From: Octopus sinensis
Lineage: Eukaryota
Direction: 5' to 3'
Length of the DNA: 64,000 bases
Assembly (NCBI RefSeq): GCF_006345805.1
Contig: NC_042998.1
Span: 44,082,001-44,146,000, forward strand
Positions 1-11,188 of the stretch are shown here, in pieces. The notes under the pieces were generated by a model. The model worked only from the letters and a program-made list of their open reading frames with translations. It was not told the DNA's origin and ran no database searches. The translations under genes were made by a program, and so were the position numbers. The number at the start of each line of letters is the position of its first letter. Position 1 is the stretch's first letter.

Positions 1-34
1 ATATATATATACATGTATATATACATATATATAT

Positions 35-80
<46 letters not shown>

Positions 81-139
81 CATATATATATGCATATATA
101 TATATATACATAAACATATGTGACATATATATAAATGTA

Positions 140-211
<72 letters not shown>

Positions 212-222
212 ATATACACACA
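1..222. repeat. (TA)n/(CA)n compound microsatellite
   Basis: Direct reading of dinucleotide runs. Confidence 0.97.
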
Positions 223-360
223 AAAGATGAAGACACGAAGACAGGTGTATGGACAACAAGCAAGTGTTTCGGTTTGACGCTCGGGTGAAATGGAGGTCAT
301 TTACGTTTCGAGCCCACGCTCTTCAATAGAAAGGAATAAGAGAAATTAAAATTAAACAGA
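223..360 (-). mobile_element. Penelope-type terminal-repeat relic with degenerate minimal hammerhead motif
   Basis: Minus 334->299 reads ccttt-CTATTGA-A-GAGC-gtgg-GCTC-GAAACGTA-aat: perfect 4-bp stem II and ACGT palindrome, but a variant core. Loosely similar to 61940-62140. Confidence 0.5.
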
Positions 361-494
361 TAACTTGTGTGTGTATTTAATAGATATACCTGCATTACCA
401 TAAACTGTACAATTTTCCGTCATAGAAATTAGCTATTCCATAGCTAAAAAGATGTGTGCTGCTATAGTTTTTTGCATATTCAAATTAAAAGCTA

Positions 495-910
495 CACGCC
501 AATCTTTCTGAATTGAAATGTCAGTAAAAGTTATGGAACGAATTGTTACAAAGAAACTGATAATGGTCCTATTTATCAATACGCAGCATGACTTCTGTCC
601 AGGGTGAAGAAGCCTAACCCAGCTTTCACTGCATTATGACTGGCTTTGAAGCAACTATTTGGCCATTTAAATGTTGATTAGATATATCTTGACGCCGCAA
701 AGGCATTTGATAAGGTGGGTCGTGGCAGGATATGTCAAAACCTGCAAAGCCTTGGAAAGCTGGTAAACTGTGGAATTAGCTGTATTACTTCCTAAATGAT
801 AGAAGTCAGCCAGTTGAGCAAATGGTGCCCTGTCTGAGGAAAACACAAATTCATCGTGGCAATACCCAGGGAACCGTCTTGGTGCCATTGCTGTTTATAG
901 TAGCTCTATT
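495..910 (+). pseudogene. Degraded CR1-group LINE reverse-transcriptase fragment
   Basis: Manual translation gives KVMERIVTKKLIM..TQHDF..LTQL..HYDW, NVD*IYLDAAKAFDKV and QGTVLVPLLFIVAL, colinear with the RT of the LINE at 15513-16190. Contains stops and frameshifts. Confidence 0.85.
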
Positions 911-1024
911 AAACGTATACATATACTGTAAGGGTGGTTTGTTAGCAATTATTTTACCGAGAGGCAAAAAAGAATATACGCCACTAAAGCTTTATTCAGC
1001 ACCAGTATTGCTTGAAATAAGGTA

Positions 1025-1406
1025 AGCTCTCTAAGCACCGGGCAAGGCCAGATCACCACTGATTTCGCATTTACATTAATGCTCGTCAATGGCTCTTACC
1101 AGAGCCTTGGGATAAACTCAACTCACCTTGTTAGCTTATAAGATCACCGTAGAAATCATACGCTGATTTCAGTCGCTTTAGTGATATACATATTGTTGGA
1201 TCTCAGTTGAAAAATTGTTAACAAGCTACCCTTATGTATAATTTACATCTTTGCCATTTATGAAATCAGCGTATAATTTCTACGGTGATCCTATCAGCTT
1301 ACTAGGCGAGTTGAGTTTAACTAAAGGCACCGGTGAGAGCCACTGACAAGCATTAATATAAATGCGAAATCACTAGTGATCTGGCAATGCTCAATGATTC
1401 GAGAGC
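1025..1406. mobile_element. Fold-back MITE-like element with ~145-bp imperfect inverted arms
   Basis: 1025-1171 is the reverse complement of 1261-1406 (roughly 80% identity by eye), with a ~90-bp spacer. Confidence 0.75.
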
Positions 1407-1849
1407 ATGCCTCCCTTGACAGTCAATCAGATGGTGCTTATTGTGGCTATGAGTTGCCTTGACTCTTATTTCTAGCTGTACTGGTGCTGACTAGCCCTCT
1501 CAGTCGCTTTATATATATGACGGGGTGGTGGATATACACATATATACTTATGCACAGAGAGATGCATACAGATATTTGATACACTTATACACTTGAACAC
1601 AGACAGGTATACATAGACTCATGCGTGCAGATATCTCCACACATAAATACTTAAACACAGACAGGCAAAATAATGAACACACGTTTAATGTTATTTTCAT
1701 CGGTTTAAATTAATTAGATTTTGTGCTTACTAGCACATATTTATTCACTTTTCTCTTGTCATTTCAGTGTAATACACTTTAATAGTGCTATTATTGAGAT
1801 ACTAGTTCTTACTAATTCGATATGTGCCTGGACATTTCATCCCACCTCT

Positions 1850-1852
<3 letters not shown>

Positions 1853-1891
<39 letters not shown>

Positions 1892-1969
1892 GCATATATA
1901 TACATATACATATTATCCAAATATATATACACGTACAACGTTTACATATTCAGTATATACATACATACA

Positions 1970-2030
<61 letters not shown>

Positions 2031-2095
2031 TGAGTGTGTATGTGTGCGTGTGTGTATGTATGCGTGTGTGAGTATGTGTGATTGTGTGTGTGTGT
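1853..2095. repeat. (TA)n/(TG)n microsatellite
   Basis: Direct reading. Confidence 0.95.
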
Positions 2096-4494
2096 AATTG
2101 AAGTATATACGTACAGATACACATTCTTAGACACATAGACACTCAGCCACACACCAGTACACCTAGACGTTTTTATACACAAAACGTATATTGACGCTAT
2201 ATAGAGAAAAAAGCTGATATTATCAATAATAGGAGACATAATCGTTTCACTTGAAAAGCGTTACATTATTTTTGATGTATGGTTACGGTGTTAATTCTCA
2301 TAATTTTCTAGTTCTGAAGAAAGATGCCATGTAGTTTGGTAGCTGTTTTTAACATCGATTTTAATCAAATTTTTTTGAATAGAATTCAAAATTTGTGCAA
2401 ATTCTATTCAGACATGAGATTATCCTTTAATCCTTGGATTAAGTTATTATCCACTAGTATTATTCATAATGCTTCGATTGTGCAAAGGCTATGTTTTTTT
2501 TTCAGTTAAAATTATATACTTGACCTTTGGACACAATATTCCATTGCAATTTCAAATCTGTGGCCTTTGTCTTTAAAATCCATATTTATTCCTTTAGTGA
2601 TGTTAATTCTCTCATTATTTGTTAGAAAGGGTATTTTTGTTCATATTATAGCATTTCTTAAAGATATTCAATGTGGAACCCCTATCATGCCCATAGTTAA
2701 CTTGCGTAACGACAATTAATTTCAATATGAAGCACAGATATTTTTGTAGAGAGTGTATAGAAAGCAGTCTATGCACTAAAGCCAATCCTTTTTAGCGTTA
2801 CCTCTTTTATATTTTTCAAAATCATTCAGATTTTTGCAGTATTCATTTGAATTTTGGAAGAGTAAGATTCGTAAATACCCCTTCAGGGTTTTTTGACATC
2901 CGTTGCCTAATGTGCAGGATGAGGTAATGTTGCTGATTTGCGACGGAATTGGCATTCAGATAAACGTCACAAGTTTGGCGTTTTATTTTATCTTCGTGTC
3001 TAGCGTTATGTTTTGTACGTATTTACCTTAGTGTTGTATTGTGTTGTGAGAATTGTTTCCAATAATAATTGTCTAGTTTTATTAAGAACTGTGACGGGTA
3101 CAAATGTGTTGTCCACTAATGACTTTGTATTCCATTTAGTTTTTGATGTGTAGTGCATTGCAAAGTCTCATTGTATATATGAGGACACTGTTCCACCGCC
3201 TCACCATGCATGGTGAGACACTATGATTATCTTGTATTTGTAAGACCAATGAAACAATTCGACCCATGAAAATTAGAAATTCTAGGTTTTCAAACTTTAT
3301 TATGAGCAATATTTGTCACCAGTAGCTTGTCACAGCTTTACATATTTCCAATTTATTTAACCTTAGAGTTTGTATATATTATTGTCGCTGAGATGTCTTA
3401 TTTTACGATATTTGGTTTATGCAATTTATCTAACCTATAATTAGAATACATTTATGTAATGCATTTTTATGACTGATTGTATGTTCTTAATAACTTAATT
3501 ATTATTCTACAGCTCTGTGTATGAGTTTGTTAGAAAATGTTAAATTATTTAGTGTAATTTAAAAGACAAAAATTTAATTTCATTCTTCCATTTACTGAGG
3601 GGAAAGTTCTTCCATTTAGTGGCTTTACTACGGCCATTTTCTGTTTATGTGGTTATCGTCTGCCTCCGTCTTACTGCACGTATATATCTGTACCGATGGT
3701 GTAATGTATCTGCTGCTCCCTATCTGAACAACTATGTATAAAAAAAAACACTAAATTATGTATGAAAAGTAACAGTAAATTACAATCCTTTTTACTAATA
3801 ACCACCAACAATCATGTAAATGTACAAACACGCAACTAATGATCCATGTAATTTATAAATTCGATTCCGAACATGGAAGTTGTAGGCGACATAATTTTGT
3901 TATTTTCAACATTCAGGTACGACACTCTTCAGTCAGCTCACCATAGACTTACAACATCGCAATTCTTTACAGTACAGAACACAAAATAAAACTAAGTATG
4001 AAAAGTATTAATGGTCTATGAATTTAAGCCGCACAAAATCTCTAATAAGATATACAACAATGATGGAAATTATAAGCAGAGCACAACGCAATTGTAAAAT
4101 AAATGCATTGAGGCCTAATAAACGTTTTGTAGTCGTTGCATCAATCTGGAAATTTAAGTACGCGAATTCCGGCGGTAACGTGAGATTTGTATAATCTTTA
4201 GAGATATGCATACCAGCATTACTTCAAACTGAAGACGAGACTGTAAACGCCTGGAAACGTTGGTTAAGGAATAAGGCACATTACTCTTTCATAAATGTTC
4301 GTAAGAAGCGCATTCAGAATTATAAAAAAAGTTCCTGAAAAGATATGTAATAAACTTGGAACCGTATTGTAATATTTGTGTGTGTGTGTGTGTGTATAAA
4401 TACATACATACATACATACATACATACATACATACATACATACATACATGCATACATACATACATACATACATACATACATGCATACATACATA

Positions 4495-5085
4495 CAATTT
4501 TCTTGCAATGCCAGTACTCATGCCAACATTTGGGCTGATTCACTGGACGCTTGATGAGATCCGAGCTATTGATGTGAAAACCCGGAAAATACTAACAAGC
4601 ACACATAATTTCCACATAAACAGTGATGTAGACCGCCTCTACCTAAATCAAAAACAAGGCGACAGAGGCTTGACATCAATCCAAAATGCCTTTGAATATC
4701 TATCATATCCATTCGGCAACATCTTTTAACTACGAAGTGTCGAAGTGCATCCTTTGACCAAGTTTGCATTAATGTAGCTGATAATATCACAAGACTTGGA
4801 AGGCAGATGCTTGAGCAGCATTCCTTGTCTGATGACCTTAAATACATGCCCAAAGAAGTCGTACGTATCATCAAATGAAAGGATGAGCATATATGAGCAG
4901 AAGACGTGGATATGTTGGTAGAAAACTCCGAAATAATAGTAGCATTGATCATCAAAGCAGTCTATCATGTACTCATAACCGTATTACTACTTCCCACTTT
5001 GAAGAGTATACGTTTGCAATCTAGGAACAGGAAACATTAACCAAATACCTGATACACAGAAGGGATAGTGATGCAGGAATGTAAA
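4495..5085 (+). pseudogene. R4/Dong-clade non-LTR retrotransposon fragment (post-RT region)
   Basis: LAMPVLMPTFGLIHWTLDEIRAIDVKTRKILTSTHNFHINSDVDRLYLNQKQGDRGLTSIQ and later SHFEEYTFAI*EQE resemble the R4/Dong D.KTRK.L...SDVDRLY.....GGRGL and EGF..AIQEQ motifs. Confidence 0.8.
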
Positions 5086-5089
5086 CCTA

Positions 5090-5355
5090 GGATTGGTTTT
5101 ATAGATGACCAAGAGTCACCCATGCATACCGGCCTCCCCTCGCCACGCCACCAATTTTATCCAAGGAAAAGGCAAAGGCCGATACAGCTGGGTACCAGTG
5201 ATGTCACAACTCATTTCTGCAGCTGAGTGAACTGGAGGAACGTAGAATAAAGTTTCTTGCTCATGAACACAACACGCAACCCGGTCCGGGAATCGAACTC
5301 ACAACCTCGCGATCGTAAGCTCGCCCTCTAAACACTGAGCCATGAGCCTTCACAC
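5090..5355 (-). mobile_element. tRNA-derived SINE (family C)
   Basis: Minus-strand head GTGAAGGCTCATGGCTCAGTG (A box) ... GAGTTCGATTCCC (B box), followed by a non-tRNA body (gtgttgtgttcatgagcaaga...). Confidence 0.8.
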
Positions 5356-5420
5356 TGATATACATAGGTAAATACATAGGTAGTAGAAGGAATAGATAGT
5401 AGAAGAATATATACATATGT

Positions 5421-5817
5421 GGCGCAGGAGTGGCTGTGTGGTAAGTAGCCTGCTAACCAACCACATGGTTCCGGGTTCAGTCCCACTGCGTGACATCTTG
5501 GGCAAGTGTCTTCTGCTATGGCCCCGGGCCGACCAATGCCAGTGGATTTAGTAGACGGAAACTGAAAGAAACTGTCGTATATATGTATATATATATATAT
5601 GTATGTGTGTGTGTTTGTCCCCTAGCATTGCTTGACAACCGATGCTGGTGTGTTTACGTCCCCGTCACTTAGCGGTCCGGCAAAAGATGCCGATAAAATA
5701 AGTACTGGGCTTACAAAGAATAAGTTCCGGGGTCGATTTCTCGACTAAAGGCGGTGCTCCAGCATGGCCGCAGTCAAATGACTGAAACAAGGAAAAGAGT
5801 AAAAGAGGAAAAGAGTA
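5421..5817 (+). mobile_element. tRNA-derived SINE family A, intact, with internal microsatellite
   Basis: GGCGCAGGAGTGGCTGTGTGGTAAGTAGCCTGC...GGGTTCAGTCCC head, internal (TA)/(TG) tract, 3' CCAGCATGGCCGCAGTCAAATGACTGAAACA and (AAAAGAG)n-like tail. Homologous to 20594-21062. Confidence 0.92.
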
Positions 5818-6809
5818 TATGTAAATACATAGGTAGTAGAAGGAATAGAGAGATTTGTGTATATTTATATCGTGTAATCTAATAAAATAAAGCGTGAGCA
5901 ATTGATCGCTTTGAGAGAAAAGAATTAAGAAACTCGCTTATATAGCAGTCTACTATTTACACATTCCACTTCTATTTGCTTATTCCTTTGGTGGGATTTT
6001 TGTATTTTTAGATTCATATTTTTCATCATTCATTTAACAGAATGCACAAATTGCAAAATCAACAAATGTCTATGACACATATTGGTAACTTGAAAGCGAA
6101 CTCGTAGTATTATTTCTGTCAACAACTTCCTGTCTGTATCACGAAGAGAAAAGAAATGCTTTATTGCCGATTGCCTGAACAGCACGACCGCATTTAATTT
6201 TCATCTCTATACCAATATCACCTGACACCTGGAATTGCAAAGCATAGATACGTGCAAAAGAAAATTTAAAATATTCAAGAGGAAAACGAAATCATCGATA
6301 AAACTATTTATATAAAATTTTTCAGATATAACTTCTCAACTTTATCAACAAATTTATATTCCAACAGAATGTTATGGATTGCTGATCACTTAACGATAAC
6401 TTGCTCTCATGATGCTCACAGTTTGTTGTTTTTTTATATACAAAACAAATTTACTTTGCAACCATTCGATTTAATCGCAATATCTTACATGTATTAATTT
6501 TATTGAATCCGTTAATATGTAAATCATGTCAATCTAGATCTATCCATCAAGGCAGATTTTGAAAGTAGTGATGTTAAAGAGAAAATAAATTCCAGTGCTT
6601 GTGCTAACATTATAGTTCCATTTTATTTGATATTATTATTTTACGAAGAGACATAATCAAAAACCTTGCTCATTCATTAGAATTAAATTAGACATGATTC
6701 CCAACATAGAATTTTTATCAATTGGATACCTTTACTGTCGATGTTGTTATGCATATATCCTTACTGCCTCTCGATCAGCTTCTACTTACTGAAACTAATA
6801 CTCTTTTAG

Positions 6810-6989
6810 GCTTTTAGTTGTTTCAGTCAATTCACTGCGGTCATGCTGGAACACGACTATTTGTTGAATAAATCGACCCCAGGATTTATTCTCTGTTTGC
6901 CGAACCGCTAGGTGACGGGGAAGTAAATACACCAACATCGGCTGTCAAGTCATGGCGGGGGACAAACACAGACACAAACAACAAACAAA

Positions 6990-7064
<75 letters not shown>

Positions 7065-7210
7065 TATATATATATACGACGAGCTTCTTTGAGTTGGCGT
7101 CTACCAAATCCACTCACAAGGCTTTGGTCAGCCCGACTCTATAGTAGAAGACACTTGCTCAAGTTTCCACCCTGTGGAACCCGTAACCATGTGGTTGGGA
7201 AGCAAGCTTC
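6810..7210 (-). mobile_element. SINE family A, 3' part; head interrupted at 7210/7211 by an insertion
   Basis: Minus strand starts GAAGCTTGCTTCCCAACCACATGGTT at 7210 and continues through the body, (TA)/(TG) tract and CCAGCATGACCGCAG tail. The first ~25 nt of the head are absent. Confidence 0.9.
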
Positions 7211-7765
7211 TTTATTTCATTAAATTAGCTATAATGGCTTTACATAGAAAAAGAAGTAATCTGTGGGCTGGACACAGATATAATGTTATATGAGATGAAA
7301 AACGAAAAGGATGATTAATGGGGGAAACAGACAATGCCCGCCGATTGTTGTTTCCCGAAAACATTGTTCTCTTATTTATCATACATGATGCAATAAAACT
7401 CTTACAATTGTTCATAATTGATAATTAAAACACAAAACTGAGGCACTTCGCCTCGTACCTTGGTTAAAAACAGAATGAGGTTTCAAACCTCTTATGAGTT
7501 CACAATATCGAGGCTTTCCAACCTCTTACCCATAGTCCTCTTCAGTATCGCTTGTGACCCCGTACCCCGCCATTTTCCACGCCTCACTCAAGCTCAAAGC
7601 GGATGGCGTGTCGGGGCCGCCCGACTACAAGCGATATTCCTCATTGAGCTTCTTAAGCCTTTGCAACACGTGCAACGTTATGACCTCCACAGCTACCTGC
7701 GGAGGCCATTCGGGATCCCGTGTGCAGGTCATAATTACTTCCTGAATTATGCTCGTGGGGCCCAC
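7211..7765 (-). mobile_element. 3' portion of ORF1-only L1/Tx1-like element (copy B)
   Basis: Minus translation TRDPEWPPQVAVE matches TEDLYWPPQVTAE of 39535-39720 (tggcctccgcaggta vs tggcctccgcaagta). The 3' UTR shares aatgttttcg..caacaatc.gcgggca, cagcccacag and terminal aatgaaataaa with 39870-40020. Confidence 0.85.
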
Positions 7766-7832
7766 TGGCATGTGACGTAGTGGTTAAGTGTGCGGCCTAC
7801 TAACCTCAAGATTCCGAGTTCGATTCCAAGCA

Positions 7833-7874
<42 letters not shown>

Positions 7875-7896
7875 TAATAATAATAATAATAATAAT

Positions 7897-8029
7897 ACTG
7901 CACACATCCTACGCAGAACACTTTCCATACAATAACCATCAGAGCATCACAACAAATCACAGCACATATCCAAGGCACACAGAGCTGCGCTCGGTAGTGA
8001 AGTGAAAGCACGATATAAAAATAAAACTA

Positions 8030-8032
<3 letters not shown>
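7897..8032 (+). mobile_element. 5'-truncated R4/Dong 3' end nested in (AAT)n
   Basis: 7897-7935 encodes TAHILRRTLSIQ*, resembling the R4/Dong C-terminal GTAHILR motif, followed by a ~100-bp 3' UTR. (AAT)n lies on both sides. Confidence 0.75.
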
Positions 8033-8097
<65 letters not shown>

Positions 8098-8147
8098 CAT
8101 TGAAAAAATACCTTAGGAATAAGAACCCTGATTCGAAATTTACTCAA

Positions 8148-8193
8148 GGCACCTGATGAAGGCTGGATGGTATATTAGCCGAAACGTTGTTTT
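8148..8193 (+). ncRNA. Minimal type I hammerhead ribozyme motif
   Basis: GGCAC-CTGATGA-A-GGCTGG-atggtata-TTAGCC-GAAACGTT-GTTTT: core CUGAUGA...GAAA, 6-bp stem II (two GU pairs), palindromic ACGU stem III, and stem I GGCAC/GTTTT (GTGTT in the sister copy). Confidence 0.75.
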
Positions 8194-8299
8194 AACAATA
8201 AGCAAGATTAGGACAAATATCCGTCAACTGTAAATAATGTACATAATATTTCTTCTTATAAAGGCAGAGAGCGGCATTACGCCCTTCTTTTTGAACTGT

Positions 8300-8440
8300 A
8301 TTCAAATGCCACCAAGGTCGACTTCACCTTTCATCCCTTCGAGGTAGATAGAATAAGTAGCAGTTGAATACTGCGGTCGATGTAATAGATTTAACCTCTT
8401 CCCGAATTTGCTAGCCTTTAGCTATAATTTGAAACCGATA
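8300..8440 (+). mobile_element. SINE family B fragment
   Basis: AGGTCGACTTCACCTTTCATCCCTTCGAGGTAGATAGAATAAGTAGCAG core, shared with 12690-12920. Confidence 0.75.
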
Positions 8441-9624
8441 TTTCTTGTTATAACTACGTGGGAAAAACTAAATTTTCTGCTTATTTCTTTACAATCTGTG
8501 ATTTCTCTAATTATTTTTATCGTGACCTAATATTACTGTACGGCATGACACTGATAATAACCTGTATCAATTGCTTATATGGTATGTACTGGTCATCTAT
8601 TCACAATCTTATACTCTTTGTTTTATAAAACCCTTTCGTCCGTAAGACAAATCACAATATATTTAGGATATCTAACCTGATATAGATGCGATCGTGTATT
8701 TCCCAGATATTTACACGGAAGGAAGATATAGCCTTTTCTGTATTTTCTCAATAATATATTGGTGTTAGATATAAAAAATACTCTTAGTATTATTTGTTTT
8801 ATATTTTATAGCATGGAGATTTAAAATATGGCTATATCTTTAAATTTTACGTTTGTATTTTTTTTCTTTGTGAATTTGTACAGAACTATTTCCGTATGAT
8901 ATGTTTAATCTAAGTATTTCATAAAAGATTTATCAAGTTATGAGTGAGTCTAAAATATCTGTTTCAAATTAATATAAAATACAAACATTTAGTAAAAGAA
9001 TTTTCTATACAGGCCCAGATATAAGAAATAATATTGGCTTATCAGTTTGCTTTTAGCTGAATTAGCTTTAACATGAAAGTCAAACAATGCGTCTAATACC
9101 TTTGAGTATGTGAAATGAAGTCTGAATAGTAAAAACATAGCAAGAAAGAAAACAAAGCAAGCGTTTACTTATTTAAAACATTGTTTACATGTTTCGTCCT
9201 TTTTTATCGTTTTTTGTGGTGTCCTTTACATTTTGTCTCATTTGTAATCGACTGTGAGATCTCTGTAAGATAAAACAAGAAATTGGCGGAACAAACAGTT
9301 GGAGAATATATAAATGTCGCCTGATGCAAGAGTGTTTTATTTATTTTAACTTAAAAGAACAAATTGTTTCACCATAGTTATGTTTTTAAAAGCAACAACA
9401 CTTGAATGAGAGACAGTGGCAAAATCTTAAGATTTCTTGTTTAAATGTTTCATTGTCAACATGAATCGCCTTGATATGTACCCAACAGTAAGTAATATGA
9501 AATTGGGTTTTTAGAAAATGTCTGTTTACTTAGTCACAATATTTTCTTTAACCCTTTCACTTAAGAACACTAGATTTGTGGCTTTTCAAAAAGTTATTTT
9601 AATTTCGATATTTTGAACGATGTT

Positions 9625-10050
9625 AAGGCGGTGGTATGGCCGAATCGTTACCACGCCGTGAACCATGCTAAACATCATTTTGTCTGTCTCTACGATCTGA
9701 GTTCAAGTTCTGTCGAAGTTGACATTTCTTTTCATCCTTTCAGAGGTCAATAAAATAAGTATCAGTTGAACACAGAGGTCAATGTAATCAACTCATTCCC
9801 TCCCCAGATGGCTGGCCTTGTGCCAAAATTTGAATCCAATATTTTGAACGATGTTCCGTTGGCGCATTAGCATAATGTTTAGATTAACATTCAATATGCA
9901 CTGGTTCTTTACGTTCTGATTTTCAATACCATCGGGTACAAGTTTGCTTTTCATTTTAGAGAGGTCGAAAAACTAAGTATCAGGTAACGGAGTCAGTGTA
10001 ATTCATTGTTCCCTATCCGAAATCTGAGGCTGTTACAAATGAAAATTATG
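9625..10050 (+). mobile_element. Two adjacent degraded SINE family B copies
   Basis: tctgagttcaa...ttttcatcctttcagaggtcaataaaataagtatcag motif, repeated in more degraded form at ~9905-9990. Confidence 0.7.
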
Positions 10051-11188
10051 AGTACTAGCTTATTATATCTATATGTAAACTCTTGGGTGATTCAAGATCG
10101 AGAATTTCGTTTCTTTACCAAGTATATCTAAACCTATGTTCCAGTTAATCTATGCAAAACAAATCAATATGATGTACTCCATTAAAGAACGATTTGATCA
10201 TAATATAAGTGGTAAGAAAAATGTAATAAATCGACTGTTGTATCTTGTACAGCAATCTTTATTTTCTGTAGGAAAATGAATTTATTATATTACGAAGTTA
10301 TATTATAATATCAAACATTCACATTTTTTTATAACTTACATGGTACATAGCTCTTGAGATATAAGTTCGAGTATTCCAGATTATTCATCTAATATTTAGT
10401 ATTTGCATTTCATTAACGATCGATATATATTTTTATATTCTCCCTGCCTTCCAATATTGTTGAATTATTTTATTTTTGGTCTTCATATCAACGTAATATT
10501 ATCCAATATTTCATCGTTCACTGACATGTTATTTTCCAGATGATTGGATGAAGACAACTGTTGATGTACCTATGTTCCTTTGGATAATTGAATACGTCTT
10601 TTTTTATTTTATTTTGTAGCTAACGTAATACACTACCCGCTCTTTATCCAACTTTTTTCATACTTATGATAGTTACAGTATATATTAAATTATGTACAGA
10701 AATATATTACTAACATCTAAACATTTAATGCAGTTATTCATAACGAAAGAGTGGTGTTGTTGGACTTCTGCAGAAGATACTATTATCAATTTCCTCTCTT
10801 AACCTTTCTCATTTGTACGACAAGAGTATGGGTAATATATAAATCCATCAAGTCTATTCTTATCAGCCTTTTCAAATAGTGATATTGTACATATATATAT
10901 ATATATATGTGTGTATGTGTGTGTGTATGTATATACATAAGAGCGTTGTAGTTCGCTTGAAGCATTGTAGTATCGAAGTAGGTAAAAAGAGGCTAAATAG
11001 AAAGTTTCTGACGATGCAGAAAGTTTAATAAAACCTCTATTTTTCAGGTGAAAAGGCCCATCTTCAGAAGAAAAAAAAACAAAAACATATATATATATGT
11101 ACACACACACGCACACACACACATACGTATGTTTATTATGTATGTATGTATGTATGTATGTATATACGTGTTATGTTCACACATTTAA

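Larger units (their letters stand above)
7766..8250 (+). mobile_element. Solo tRNA-head + (AAT)n + hammerhead unit (Penelope terminal-repeat derivative)
   Basis: A-box-like TGACGTAGTGG and B-box GAGTTCGATTCC (7766-7832), (AAT)n, then a segment homologous to 29560-29700 that contains the hammerhead core. Confidence 0.85.

Noticed and set aside
1721-2239. ORF-track proteins rich in IY/CV/HT dipeptides (also 4264-4543, 14232-14650, 23210-23732, 36952-37428, 42711-43234, 62390-63273)
   Set aside because: They are translations of microsatellites that lack stop codons, not genes.
2600-3400. Faint Penelope RT/GIY-YIG-like words (also 55400-55850 minus); RTE C-terminal-like words at 60200-60400 minus
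   Set aside because: Only a few loosely matching residues; cannot be supported without a profile search.
7460-7780. 106-aa plus-strand ORF
   Set aside because: Antisense to the ORF1-like C-terminus of copy B, whose homology to 39535-39720 is on the minus strand.
7766-7832. Possible tRNA gene (also 29712-29779, 5290-5355)
   Set aside because: A and B boxes are present, but acceptor-stem pairing is poor and the heads are fused to repeat bodies, so these are SINE-type heads.
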